Source: Mustelus asterias (taxonomy: Eukaryota). Taken from it: a DNA stretch of 64,000 bases. Position numbers and translations under genes: made by a program. This document shows, piece by piece, positions 49,235 through 63,046 of this stretch. Location: the NCBI RefSeq assembly GCF_964213995.1, contig NC_135828.1, forward strand, positions 30,504,001 through 30,568,000, written 5' to 3'. Position 1 is the first letter of the stretch. Every line of letters starts with the position of its first letter. Below the pieces are notes generated by a model. That model ran no database searches, was not told the DNA's origin, and was given only the letters and a program-made list of their open reading frames with translations.

Positions 49235-50840
49235 CATAAGAACATAAGAACATAAGAACTAGGAGCAGGAGTAGGCCATCTGGCAACTCGAGCCTGCTCC
49301 GCCATTCATGAAGATCATGGCTGATCTTTTCGTGGACTCTGCTCCACTTACCCACCCGCTCAACATAACCCTTAATAACTTTACTGTTCAAAAAGTTATC
49401 TATCCTTGCCTTAAAAACATTCAATGAGGTTGCTTGAACTGCTTCACTGGGCAGGGAGTTCCACAGATTCACAACCCTTTGTGTGAAGAAGTTCCTCCTC
49501 AACTCAGTCCTAAATCTGCTCCCCCTTATTTTGAGGTCATGCCCCATAGTTCTAGTTTCACACGCCAGTGGAAACAACTTCGCTGCTTCTATCTTATCTA
49601 TTCCCTTAGAAATATTATATGTTTCTATAAGATCCCCCCTCATTCTTCTGAATTCCAATGAGTATAGCCCCAGTCTACTCAGTCTCTCCTCATCAGCCAA
49701 CCCTCTCAACTCAGGAATCAACTTCGTGAATCTCCTCTGCACCCGTTCCAGTGCCAGTATATCCTTTCTCAAGTAAGGACACCAAAACTGTGCACAGCTC
49801 TCCAGGTGTGGCCTCACCAGCACCTGATATAGCTGCAACATAACCTCGCTGTTTTTAAACTCCATCCCTCTTGCAATGAAGCACAACATTCAATTTGCCT
49901 TTTTAATTACTTGCTGCACCTGCAAACCAACTCCTTATGATTCTTGAACAAGGACACCCAAGTCCCTCTGCACAACAGCATGCTGCATTTTTTTACCATT
50001 TAAATAATAGTCCATTTTGCTGTTATTCCTACGACACACACTCACTTACACTATACCCCTTTGCAGACTTTCAGCGTCCTCTGCACATTTTGCTCTGCTA
50101 CTCATCTTAGTGTTATCTGCAAATTTTGACACACTACACTTGGTCCCCAACTCCAAATCATCTATGTAAATCGTAAACAATTGCAGTCCCATCACTGATT
50201 CCTGAGGCACACCACTAGCCACTGATTGCCAACCAGAAAAACTCCCATTTACCCCCACTCTTTATTTGCAGTTAGTTCACCAATCCTCTATCCATGCTAA
50301 TACATTACCCGTAACACCATGCACCTTTATCTTATGCTGCAGTCTTTGGTGCGGCACCTTGTCAAATGCCTTCTGGAAATGTAGATACACCATATCCACA
50401 GGTTCCCCTTTGAACTCTGCACATGTAATGTTCTCAAAGAATTCCACCAAATTAGTCAAACAGGATCTGCCCTTCATGAATCCATGCTGCGTCTTACCAA
50501 TGGGACAATTTTTATCCAGATGTCTCGCTATTGCTTCCTTGATGATAGATTCAAACTTTTTCCCTACTGTGGAAGTTAACCTAACTGGCCTATAGTTACC
50601 CGCCTTTTGTCTGCCTTCGTTTTTAAACAGTGGCGTCACATCTTCTATTTTCCAATCTGCAGGAACCACCCCAGAGACCAGCGAATTTTGTTAAATTACC
50701 ACTAGTGCATTGTTATTTCCCCCGCCATATCTTTTAGTACCCTGGGATGCATTCCATCAGGGCTAGGAGACTTGTCTACCTGTAGCCCCATTAACTTGTC
50801 CAACACTACCTCTTTCGTGATAATGATGGTTTCCCTCATT
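49235..50840 (-). mobile_element. CR1-type LINE RT fragment
   Basis: ORFs 50277-50669, 50046-50258 and 49188-49889; (TTCTTATG)n tail at ~49235-49260. Confidence 0.88.
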
Positions 50841-52974
50841 GCAATCCCTAATTGCCCTTAAAATTCTTAGTTTGTGACATCATTTTAGAGAGTACTTCTT
50901 GACTCTGGAATCACAAGCATGCCAGACAAGCTCAGGATGGTTGATTTTCTACTCACAACAGGAATCATCAACCTGATTGGTTTTAACAATAGACTGATTT
51001 CAGAGTTTGATTACAGAGCGATTGAGCAGTTTAGGACTATGTTCGCTTGAGGTTTGACATACTTGAGGTACAAAAGATTCTAAATTGGATTGATACATTC
51101 GACGTAGAGAGAATACTTCCTCTTGTACGGCGATCTGGAATGAGAGGCCATAGTTCTGGATTAGGAGTAGCAGATTTAAAACAAATATTATGAGATTCTT
51201 TTTTCTCTCAAAAAGTAGTGTGCCTGTGGATTTCATTACCCCAGAGTGCAGTAGATGCCGAGACTTTGAGCAAATCTAAGGAACAGATGGACAGGTGTTT
51301 TAAATTCGTAGTGGGTTGGAGGGTATGGGGAACGGGCAGAAAAGTGGGTGTGAGGCCGAGATAAGATCAACCATGATCGTATTCATTTGTGCAGCATGAT
51401 CGATGGATGACTTTCCTACTCCTGCTACTAATTGTTACCTTCTTAACAATCGATATTGCTTTCTTGGTGACCAGTACTGAAACATATTTTTTTAATTTTC
51501 AGTGTGAATAATTGGGTTTGAATTGCACCGGCTCTCATCGGATGATTCTAACCACTGTCCCCGTAATATGTAACTAGGCCTCTGGATTACAAATCCAGTG
51601 ACTCGACCATTTCACCACCAACTCTAACAAAGTGCGATATAACTAATATGCCAAGGAAGATTTATATGTTCTGATTGCTTTGTATACTTTTCTTTTATTA
51701 GTCAACTGTAGTGTCCATTATTTTGTGCATTGGAATGGATAGAAATGAATGTTGAAGTTGCAGGGAGCTATGAGTTCGTATTGCATTATAGCGCTAAATT
51801 CAATCTGAATCTGTAATTTCCCAAGATGGCTAAAAACCAAATCAAAGCCTTAAACATAATTTCGAAAGCAAACTCACAGAGAACAATTTTGACATTTATG
51901 CTCAAAGTGTAACAAACAATCTAGAATCACAGAATCTTACGTACTGGCAAAGCCATAAGACTATTGTGCCTGTCTTGGCTCATTGAAAGATATGTTCAAT
52001 TATCCCAGGCCTTTGTCCTTTCTTAATAATTCAACAGTCCTTTCCCTTCACTTGCATGTCCAAAAACGATGTAAAAAATCTTCGACATGTTTACTTGCAT
52101 CATACTCTCAGGCATTGCATTCCAGTTCATAGTAATTCAAAATCTAATATTCATTGATGAGATGTGGGTGCCGCCTGGCTGGACCATAATTTTTCATAAC
52201 ATAGTATGTAGGGGCATAATTAGGTCATTCAAGTCTGCTCTTCCATTCAATCATGGCTAATATGTCTCTCAGTCCCATTGACTCGCCTCTTTTCCGTAGC
52301 TTTTGATCCCCTTACCAATCAAGAACCTATCTATCTCTGTCTTAAATACACTTAATGACCTGGCCTGCACAGTCTTCTGTGGGAAGGAATGCCATAGAAT
52401 TACCATCATCTGCGTGTAGAAATTCGTCCTAAACTCGGTTCCAAATTTTCATCCCTTTATTCTGAGGCTGTGCCCTCGGATCCCAGTTTCGCCTACTAAT
52501 GGAAACATCTTTGGCACGTCCACTCTATCCAGGCCTTTCAGTTTTCTGTAAGTTTAAATGAAACTCTCCTCATCCTGCTGAACTCTATCGAGTTCAGATC
52601 CAGAGTCCTCAAAAGCGCCCCACATGTCAAGCTTTTAATTCCTGGGATCATTCTCGTGAACCTCCTCTCGAAACTCTCCGGGTTCAAATAATCCTTCCTT
52701 AGATATGGGGACCAAAATTGCTTAAAGTATTGCAAATGTGGTCTGACCAAAGCCTTTTGAAGCTTCAGCAGCACATCGTTGTTTTTGTCTTCTAGTCCTC
52801 TCCAAATGAATGCTAACATTGCATTTGACAACTCATTCTGCAAAGTAACCTTAAGAGAATCCTGAACTCGGGCTCCCAATACCGTTGCACTTCCGATTTC
52901 TGAATTCACTCCCTATTTTGAAAATAGTCTACACCTCCAAAATAACCTCACACTTTTCCAAGCATTATTCCAAC

Positions 52975-54372
52975 TCTGGATAACCCAGGAAATTATAGGC
53001 CGGTGAGCTTGACGTCCGTGGTAGGGAAGTTGTTGGAGAGGATTCTTAGAGACAGGATGTATGTGCATTTAGAACGGAACAATTTCATTAGTGACAGACA
53101 GCATGGTTTTGTAAGAGGGAGGTCGTGCCTTACAAATTTGGTGGAGTTTTTTGAGGAAGTGACAAAAACGGTTGATGAAGGAAGGGCCGTGGATGTCGTC
53201 TATATGGATTTCAGTAAGGCATTTGACAAAGTCCCACATGGCAGGTTGGTTAAGAAGGTTAAGGCTCATGGGATACAAGGAGAAGTGGCTCGATGGGTGG
53301 AGAACTGGCTTGGCCATAGGAGACAGAGGGTAGTGGTCGAAGGGTCTTTTTCCGGCTGGAGGTCTGTGACCAGTGGTGTTCCGCAGGGCTCTGTACTGGG
53401 ACCTCTGCTATTTGTGATATATATAAATGATTTGGAAGAAGGTGTAACTGGTGTAATCAGCAAGTTTGCGGATGACACAAAGATGGCTGGAATTGCGGAT
53501 AGCGAAGAGCATTGTCGGGCAATACAGCAGGATATAGATAGGCTGGAAAATTGGGCGGAGAGGTGGCAGATGGAATTTAATCCGGATAAATGCGAAGTGA
53601 TGCATTTTGGAAGAAATAATGTTGGGAGGAGTTATGCAATAAATGGCAGAGTCATCAGGAGTATAGAAACACAGAGGGACCTAGGTGTGCAAGTCCACAA
53701 ATCCTTGAAGGTGGCAACACAGGTGGAGAAGGTGGTGAAGAAGGCATATGGTATGCTTGCCTTTATAGGACGGGGTATAGAGTATAAAAGCTGGAGTCTG
53801 ATGATGCAGCTGTATAGAACGCTGGTTAGGCCGCATTTGGAGTACTGCATCCAGTTCTGGTCGCCGCACTACCAGAAGGACATGGAGGCATTGGAGAGAG
53901 TGCAGAGAAGGTTTACCAGGATGTTGCCTGGTATGGAGGGTCTTAGCTATGAGGAGAGATTGGGTAGACTGGGGTTGTTCTCCTTGGAAAGACGGAGAAT
54001 GAGGGGAGATCTAATAGAGGTATACAAGATTATGAAGGGTATAGATAGGGTGAACAGTGGGAAGCTTTTTCCCAGGTCGGAGGTGACGATCACGAGGGGT
54101 CACGGGCTCAAGCTGAGAGGGGCGAAGTATAACTCAGACATCAGAGGGACGTTTTTTACACAGAGGGTGTTGGGGGCCTGGAATGCGCTGCCAAGTAGGG
54201 TGGTGGAGGCAGGCACGCTGACATCGTTTAAGACTTACCTGGATAGTCACATGAGCAGCCTGGGAATGGAGGGATACAAACGATTGATCTAGTTGGACCA
54301 AGGAGCGGCACAGGCTTGGAGGGCCGAAGGCCTGTTTCCTGTGCTGTACTGTTCTTTGTTCTTTGTTCTTTG
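52975..54372 (+). mobile_element. Young 5'-truncated CR1 LINE with open RT ORF (53003-54292)
   Basis: 429-aa ORF with no stops (DFSKAFD, GVPQGSVLGP, FADD) and a (TTCTTTG)n tail. Confidence 0.92.
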
Positions 54373-55092
54373 AAGGGGGGGAGGTTTAACACAGATATTA
54401 GAAGGACATATTTCACACAGAGGGTCGTGGGGGCCTGGAATGTGTTGCCGGGCAAGGTGGTGGAGGCGGACACACTGGGAACGTTTAAGACTTATCTAGA
54501 CAGCTATATGACCGGAGTGGGAATGGAGGGATACAAAAGAGTGGTCTAGTTTGGACCAGGGAGCGGCGCGGGCTAATTGTTCCTTGTTTCTCGTTTCAAG
54601 GCTTCATTCTATGATCATCTTGCTGGTGCCAGTACAGAGCGAGACTGCGGATAGTTGGGAACCTGTCTCGGGGGCAGGGAATTCATATGGTGTTCATGGA
54701 AGTGGAAATGACTAGGGTTGGGAAGCATTTTCCGATCAGGGACATTGTGATCTCCTGGACTCGTTTCGATCGCCTCAGGGGGTCGGAGAGGAATTTCCCA
54801 GATTTTTTTTTTCCCCATATTGGCCCTGGGGTTTTTCACTCTGGGTTTTCGCCTCTCCCTGGGGATCACATGGTCTGGAATAGGGGGGTGGGGGTGAGTT
54901 AATAGGTTGTAATGAACAAAGCATCGTAGCTGTGAGGGACAGCTCGGTGGATAGGATATTGGTATGTAGATGGGCTGGAAAATTGGGCGGGGATCCTGGA
55001 TTCAGGATTCAATCCTGGACCGGGGAGCGGCGCGGGCTTGGAGGGCCGAAGGGCCTGTTCCTGTGCTGTATTGTTCTTTGTTCTTTGTTCTT
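54373..55092 (+). mobile_element. Second CR1 3' fragment with an extended 3'UTR, in tandem
   Basis: ORF2 C-terminus (FTQRVVGAWN..GYKRVV*), extra ~440 bp, then the same stem-loop and tail. Confidence 0.8.
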
Positions 55093-57901
55093 TTTGTTCC
55101 TACTTCTTTGCCCATTCTTCTAACCTGTCCCAGTCCTTCTGCAGCCTCCCCGCCTTCTCAATACAACTGTCCCTTCACATATCTTTGTGTCATCTGAAAA
55201 TATCGCCGGACTGCCATCAATTCGTTCATCTAGATCATTGATGTAGAGAGTGAAAGTTTGTGGTCCCAAAACTGACCCCTGCGAAACTCCACTAATCACC
55301 AGCTGCAATTTTGAACTGGACATTTTCATCTCCATCCTCTGCCTTCTACTAGGAAGCCAATCATCAACTCATGCTAGTATCATGTGCTCTTATCTTGCTA
55401 AGCAGCTTCCTGTGGGCACCTTTGCCAAATATCTTCAGAAATCGAAAGGCGTAACTTCCACTGGCTCTCTTTTGTCAAAACTGCTCGTTAACTCCTCAAA
55501 TATTCTGAAAGATTTGCCGGGCATGTCCTCGCCTTGATGAAACCATGCTGACTTTGCTTTATCTTACCTCGCACTTCCAAGTGTTTTGAAATCTCATCCT
55601 TAATATCGGACTCCAAAATCGTAGCAATGACCAAGGTCATACTAACCGGTCTGTAATTTCCCGTCTTTTGTCTCCCTCCCTTCATTAATAAGGGTGTTAT
55701 ATCAATGATTTTCCAGCTCTCTGGAACCATACCTGACTGCTGTGATTCCTGAAAGATCACACCAATGCCTCCACTATCTCTTCATCTATCTCCTTCAGAA
55801 CTCTGGTGTGTGGCCCATCTGGTCCGGGTTTTTTATCCACCTTCAGACCTTTCAGCTTCTTTAACAACTTCCCCTTAGTATTGGCTAACATACCCACTTC
55901 AGCCCCATGACTCTCTTTATTTTTTTGTGTGTTACTGGTGTCTTCCATCGTTAGGACTGATGATAGTTAGCTATTCAGTTCCTCGGCCATTAAGTTGTTC
56001 TCCATTATTACTTTTCCATAATCATTTTTCAGCAGTTCAATGTCCACTCTTGCCTCTCTCTTACCATTTATATTTAAGAAAGCTACTTGTGCAATATTAT
56101 TTTATATTATTGGCTACCTTACCCTTATATTTCATCTTCTTTCCCCTTATTTGTTTTTTTTAGTTGTCTCTATTGCATTTTAAAGGCTTCCCAATCCCGT
56201 CGTTTCCCACTAATCTACGCCACATTGTTTGTTTTCTCGCTTAAATTTATGCTGTCCCTAACTTCCCTCGTCAGCCATGGTTGCCTTAGTATGCTTCTTC
56301 TTCCTTGGGATGAAATTTTTCTGTGTCTCCCGAATTACTCCAAGAAACTCCTGCCATTGCTGCTCCACCATCGTACCTGTTAGGCTCCTCTCTCAATCAA
56401 CTGCGGCCAGCCCATCCCTCATGCCTCTGCAGCTAACTTTACTTAACTTTAATCCTATTAAATCTGATTTAAGTTTCTCACTCTCAAACTGCAGGGCGAA
56501 TTGTATCATATTATGGTCACTCCCTCCTAAGAGATCCTTCACCTGATGTTGCCTAATCATGCCCACCTCATTATACATCATCAAATCCAGAACTGCCTGT
56601 TCCCTAGTGGGTAATCCCGCAATCTGCTCAAAATAGGTATTTCGTAGATGTTCCACAAATTCCTTCCATTAGGGTCCACTACCAATTGCTGTCCATCCCT
56701 AATTTCCCTACATATCTGAAGGTATTTGCGAGTCCGCAAATCATCAAACACGTGTAACTTCATCAGTGATGAAGTTACACGTGTTTAACTCCACAAATAT
56801 ACCAAACCAAAACGACATTGGCATGATGAATCGAATATGCTGCCCATAAACTGAATTAGTCCATCATTATTTTATTACAATTTGGACTCTCTTTCATGAA
56901 CAAGGTAAGATCTGAGTCAATGAGCAATAGAATCAGTATAGTACAGAAACACGTCATTTGACCCCGACAGGACATGCACACTCTCTACAGTAAACCTGAG
57001 CAGTCAATTTGCCAGCACTGCTCCCTTAGCTCTCCAAGTTAAATTACTGTTGTTTATCCAATGACCTGTAAAACATATTGATCAATTGTACTTCCAACAC
57101 ACCTGCGAGCAGCAACTACTGAATAATTAACACACCCAATATGAAAAAAGCTATTCCTCATATCTTGTCTGTAATCCTTGTGAACGTCTTAAAACTGTGT
57201 CGCCTAACTTGTGTCAATTGCCCACAGGAGTAGTATTCCTTGGCCTGCCTTAGTCAACTGCCCATTTTCCTTGTAATCATCTATAAAATATCCCTGAACC
57301 GTCTTTCCTCCAGGGATAATAATTGTAAGTTCTCCAGTGCACAGTTGCTGGTGCAATTCCTCATTCCTGGTCCCCTGCAGAATCTTAAGATCCCTCATAT
57401 CCTTTCTAAATTGAGCTCATCAAAACCAAGTGCCAAAATCAATATATTGCCTCACTCCAGTTTTGTAAAGTTTCACAATAAATTCCTTATTACAAAGGGC
57501 ACTGAAATATCTAACAGTGTGATCTGTGCTTCAGACTATTAATGGATACTTCGGCTGGGAATTCAGATAAAATATTTCTAAAAGCCTGGGGAAATTCTAG
57601 TGCAGGAGACAAAGTACACTTCATTCAGTGAGAAAGAAAATATTCTGATTGGGAACTCTCAATATTTTTTTTTACTGATGCGTCCAAAGCATTCACAATT
57701 TGCACATTGATTCGACCTGACATTAGTAACTTATTTCATGAGGACCAAACAACAGTGAGGCCTATTTTCCAATTTCCGTAGTTTTAATGTTTCTGGCGAG
57801 GATTGAGGAATATGTATAAAACATATGCTGCTTTATGTATCATTCGATGTTCATTTTCACCCATGTCATTTCAATTATTCTTTTGGTTAATTCTCACACA
57901 G

Positions 57902-58246
57902 AACATGAGATTTTATCTCCAACAATTGCTCTATTTGCGCCTTCACCCGAAGAGATTAGAGATAAAAGGAAAGCAACAGTGGTTTGCACAATCACTGACT
58001 TCTACCCGGACAACATCAGGATCTTTTGGTTTGTCGATGGCAGGCCGAAGCCAGACAACGACACAAGGGTTCAGACAGACCTCACTTCCATCGCCGGACA
58101 CGAGAACAAATCCTTTAGCATTACCACTCGGCTAAGATTTGAGGACCAAGAATGGGCCCAGTCTAAGAACGTCGAGTGCAAAGTGGAACACTATGCGAAT
58201 GGATCCGATCCCACTCAATACAGTTCAACTTTAGCCATAAATGCTG
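57902..58246 (+). CDS. TRBC: TRBC exon 1 (Ig C1 domain)
   Basis: Acceptor CACACAG, phase 1 matching all J donors. EHEILSPTIALFAPSPEEIRDKRKATVVCTITDFYPDNIRIFWFVDG..FSITTRLRF..EW..VECKVEHY, with the C-beta PS.EEI..KAT.VC signature. Donor G|GTACGT. Confidence 0.95.
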
Positions 58247-58582
58247 GTACGTCCACGCAGGACGAATATACAATTTTAATGTAACTTCAATGAAAGCAAG
58301 AACTTGCTTCCAAATCGTGCCTGTGATCTAGCAATGAATAGCAGAGTAAATTCATCGGTAACTTTATCATTCATTAACAAATCATGCAACCTAATTATTG
58401 TACAAATATATATGATTACATAGACACTTACTAGAGAGCTGCCTTATCGAAAGCACGCAAGAAGACTTTCACAACATCTAATAATGCATTGCGAATTACA
58501 GCTATTATGATCTGCATTTACAACGCAATTTCGTAAGATATTCAGCTGCCAAAAGTTTGATTTTTTTTCTCATTTGTTTCAG

Positions 58583-58603
58583 AAATCTGCGGTGCTAGTA
58601 AAG
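58583..58603 (+). CDS. TRBC: TRBC exon 2 (hinge with interchain Cys)
   Basis: Polypyrimidine TTTCAG acceptor, EICGASK, G|GTGAG donor; 21 nt, phase 1/1. Confidence 0.9.
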
Positions 58604-59173
58604 GTGAGTCTCATACTCCTTCTGTCTGCTTCCAGTCGCCACATTTGAGCAGGACTGTCCAGTTCTTCATAGACAGCAGAGGCTATTCACAAGAACGGTT
58701 CCAGGGATGTAATTTTAGCTCAGAGGTTTGGTCGCTCCTGGGATCATAGGGACTTGAGTTGAGGTGTGATGGAGGTGTACAAGACTTGAACGCGGATTCA
58801 CGGGGGTAGTGCGGTGGGGAAGGCAGTCGGGGTTAGATGGTTTTTCAGAGAGTCAGTGCAGAAGCGATGAGCCAAATAGCCTCCTTCTGAACTTTTGGGA
58901 GTCTATGTTTCGATGAAACTCTCATTATCTCTCACAGAGCCCATAGGAACAGCCGTATGCAGCACCGCTAATCATACGTTGTTGGATAAAATGTGCTCCA
59001 GTGAATATCGCCAAAATTAATTCCTTGCGTCAAGGGGCGAATTATCTGTTTTCCCACTTCGAACCTAAATCTAAGCATCTGACGTGGAAATGTTTTCCAT
59101 TGGTAAATATTGGAATTTCTTACATTCAGAGAACTAAAATATCATTTTTTAATTCATTATATCCACTCCATAG

Positions 59174-59280
59174 AAGAGAAAATGCGAAGCATGGCGACAG
59201 CAAAATTGACATATCTTATTGTGTTCTGCAAAAGCATCCTGTATGCAATATTCGTCTCAATTTTTGCTTGGAAAGCTAAG
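59174..59280 (+). CDS. TRBC: TRBC exon 3 (connecting peptide and transmembrane)
   Basis: EEKMRSMATAKLTYLIVFCKSILYAIFVSIFAWKAK|GTAAG, with the intramembrane Lys flanked by the two conserved Tyr. Confidence 0.93.
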
Positions 59281-60358
59281 GTAAGCCTGAACTGTTTTAA
59301 ATTCTTAAATATAAACATTGTATAAAATCAATCAGACCCTTCAAGTGAACCTGTCGATAAACGTTGTTTTAAATGGTTGAATCAATACCTATATATGTAA
59401 CCCCATGTGATAGGTTTGCTCAAGCAAATATACATACCACGATAAGTGCCACTGTTGCCAGTGTGGTACATTCCTTTGGGAACTAACATCTGTTCACTCA
59501 AAGAATTACTCAGAAATGATAACATTGAACATTCCACCCTGCATCAAAATCAATATCATCATTCCAATAACTTTAGACTGACCAACTCCATGGAGACCAA
59601 TAATGTTTGGAACAAGGATTAGAACAACCCTTAGCAGAAAAAATGACCCATAATACCCCACGTTTTAAAGTCTTTACACTGAACAATTACTAATAAAACC
59701 CTACAGCTTAAAATAAATGTTTTGCAGTAAACTTAAACTTTCAGCTGCAAATATAAACGAATGTTTGACAATCTGTTACCAAATCCCCATCTCCACTGAG
59801 ACAGATTTCTGAAAGCAGAAAGTTCACAGTTGTTGACATCTTCCAATATGTTACCAACATTTAAGTTTTGATCCAGATATGTTTTCATCCCAGAACTATC
59901 TTTCCTGGTGACTATTATTCTGGGTATGCATTCCATGTAGGAAAGACGATCGCATTAGTTAAATCCACTGTACCTCGGACTTCAATCTGTTAAAGCGTTT
60001 CCTCCAGCATTTTTGTTGACTGAACAAGACTCAACATTTCATGAAGCACAGGAGCAAAGCTGGCTTCCTCGAACTCTTTGTGTCTGTTTTTGTCATAACT
60101 TTAGACAACACAGGCAAATACAATTGCATAGAGCCTGTGATTCTCATGGAATTTTCATGGAAACATGAAAGTTGATCTCAAGAAATATGTTCCTCTTCCG
60201 CCTATTGCGTGGCACCGTGAAACATATGAGTTATGAATATACGTGCAAATTTCTTTTAATATTCATTCATTGCAAATCGCTTTCATCTTAGCAATGCATG
60301 AAAAGTTTATAGAATCGCTGTTTACAACGCGATACATATAACGAGTCATAAACATAAT

Positions 60359-60703
60359 GGGCGGCACGGTGGCACAGTGGGCGGCGGACGGCACAGTAGT
60401 TAGCATTGTGCCTCACAGCGCCAGCGACTGGGGTTCATTTCCGGCCTCAGTTCACTGTCTATGCAGAAATTACACATTCTGCCCATGTCTGCGTGGATTT
60501 CCTCCCTGTGCTCTGGTTTCCTCCCACAGTCCAAAGATGTGCGGTTTAGGTTGATTGGACATGCTAAATTGACCCGAGTGTCAGGGAATTAACAGGGTAA
60601 ATATGTGGGGTTATGGGAATAGGGCGTGAGGTGATTGTGGTCGCTGCCGACTCGATGGGCAGAATGGCCTCGTTCTGCACTGCAGGAATTCTATGATTCT
60701 ATG
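60359..60703 (+). mobile_element. tRNA-derived SINE with a duplicated 5' head
   Basis: GGGCGGCACGGTGGCACAGT repeated imperfectly; (ATTCTATG)n tail. Confidence 0.8.
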
Positions 60704-62177
60704 AACATATTTCTGAGACTTTGGGAGACTCACGGTTCACTCATTGCTCACGGACTTCTGCGATGGTCCAGAAGACTTTTTACGTCTTAAAGAATTGGAG
60801 TTTTCTATTGAACTCTACCAATCACCGAGGCTTTCTTCCTGGCAGACTGAATAATAGATTGCAAGACGCATTTCAGTCAACGTTTATTGAAAGCTACACT
60901 TGCAAAACATAATAAATTTATGAACCAGAAGTTTAGTCCTAAAACGGACGGCTCACTATGCTAAACTCATGTTTCCGCTGTTCTTTCGATTTCTTACTTC
61001 TGCATTTATGTATCCAATTGATAACTGCTACTTGCCTCAACAACATCTCTACATGGAAGCATAAGAACTTGAGAAAAAATAGCCAGCTGTTCTAAATCCC
61101 ATTTCAACATTGTGGTCTCCGCTTTCCCTCCAAATAATGCTTCCCGCAGTGACCACCTTTCACTGATCCACTTCGTATCCAAAAATGAATTGATTTTGTG
61201 TGGAATATGCTCAAAGTCTGGACATCAAATATCTGCAGGAGGAGAACATTTCAGATATACAGAGACATTTGAGTGAATATATTTAACTTAGATCTGTCCT
61301 AATTAGCTGACCCTTGGTTGGCATGGTGGTACAGTGATTGGCACGGCTGCTGCACAGTGCCAGGGACCTGGGTTCAATACAGGCTTTGGGAGACTGCACA
61401 ATGTCCCCGTGTCTCCGGGTGTTCCAGTTTCTTCCCACTATCTGACGATGTGCAGGTTATTTTGAAAGGCTATGCTGAACTGTCCCTTAGTGTGACGGGG
61501 ATTAGCAATGTAAATGTGTGCAGTTCCGGGGATAGGTTTTCTATGATTCCGACACCATGACTGTAAACTCGAGTTAAGCACTTCCCAGCCAATTCAACCA
61601 CAGTTCAGTGAGCTACCGCTGAATAACTTTTTTTTAAATCACCTCTCAGTTATCTGAACTCCTGGGAATATGTGCGAATTGTATTTAATCCTGATGATAT
61701 TCTGTCGTCATATGTCATTATCCAGGATAAATTCTTTGCCAACCCCAGAATTCACTTTAATCCTTGGTGAGGTTAAGAGGCAGAACAACTCTTCACAGTA
61801 CTGCGGGTCTGGCCTCAAAAATACCCTGAGTACTTGCTGCAATCTGTAGTTACTCTTACAGTCCAATGCCCTCTGGAATGTCAGCTGCCAATGGCAATTG
61901 CTTGGTTCATGGGGGAGATGATGGCACAGTCGTAATTTCGCGCGGCACCTAATCAATTCACTCAGCTTAAGTTCCATCGCCATTCAAAGCACTTTCCAAG
62001 ATGCAATTGACTTAGGCCATGAAGAAATCTGGTATCAAAATATTGCATCAGTAATTGTGTCATGAAACATGTAAAATTGCCATTAAAAGTGGACATCCGT
62101 TTCAAGAAGAAAGATGTGCACGTGAGGTGGATTGGCCATGCTAAATTGCCCCATAGTGTCTGGGGGATTAAAGTGGC

Positions 62178-63046
62178 AGAACATAGAACAGTACAGCACA
62201 GAACAGGCCCTTCGGCCCACATTGTTGTGCCGAGCTTTGTCTGAAACCCAGATCAAGCTATTTCCTCCCTATCATCTCGAAGTACTCCATGTGCCTATCC
62301 AATAGCTTCTTAAATGTTCCTAAAGTTTCTGACTCCACTATCACTGCAGGCAGTCAATTCCACACCCCAAACACTCTCTGAGTAAAAAACCTACCTCGGA
62401 CATCCTTCCTATATCTCCCACCATGAACCCTATAGTTATGCGCCCTAGTTACCACTCCATTCACCCGAGGAAATAGTCTTTGAACATTCACTCTATCTAT
62501 TCCCCTCATCATCTTATAAACCTCTATCAAGTCACCTCTCAACCTCCTCCGATCCAAAGAGAAAAGCTCAAGTTCCCTCAACCTTTCCACATAAGACCTA
62601 CCCTCCAAACCAGGCAGCATCCTGGTAAATCTCCTTTGCACCCTTTCCAGTGTCTCCACATCCTTCTTATAGTGAGGTGACCAGAACTGCACACAATATT
62701 CCAAATGTGGTCTCACCAAGGTCCTGTACAGTTGCAGCATAACCCCACGGCTCTTAAACTCAAAGCACCTGTTAATGAACGCCAACACACTATAGGCCTT
62801 CTTCACGGCTCTATCCACTTGAGTGGCAACCTTCAGAGATCTGTGGATATGAACCCCAAGATCTCTCTGTTCCTCCACATTCTTCAGAACACTACCTTTG
62901 ACCCTGTAATCCACATTTAAATTTGTCCTACCAAAATGAATCACCTCGCATTTGTCAGGGTTAAACTCCATTTGCCATTTTTCAGCCCAGCTCTGTATCC
63001 TATCTATATCTCTTGGCAGCCTACAACAGCCATCCACCTCATCCAC
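62178..63046 (-). mobile_element. CR1 LINE 3' fragment inserted in a SINE remnant (62110-62175 and 63050-63150)
   Basis: ORF 62354-63046 is nearly the same as 30307-31184; SINE halves lie on both sides. Confidence 0.9.

Larger units (their letters stand above)
52200..56670 (-). mobile_element. Older CR1-type LINE (52200-52960 and 55095-56670) split by + strand insertions
   Basis: Fragmentary ORFs 56393-56656, 55757-55948, 55488-55760, 55120-55335 and 52538-52909 lie in ORF2 order. Confidence 0.75.

Noticed and set aside
59720-59790. Candidate TRBC exon 4 acceptors (TTTGCAG, TTTCAG)
   Set aside because: They give an immediate stop or LQI-stop; cannot be told from chance without transcripts
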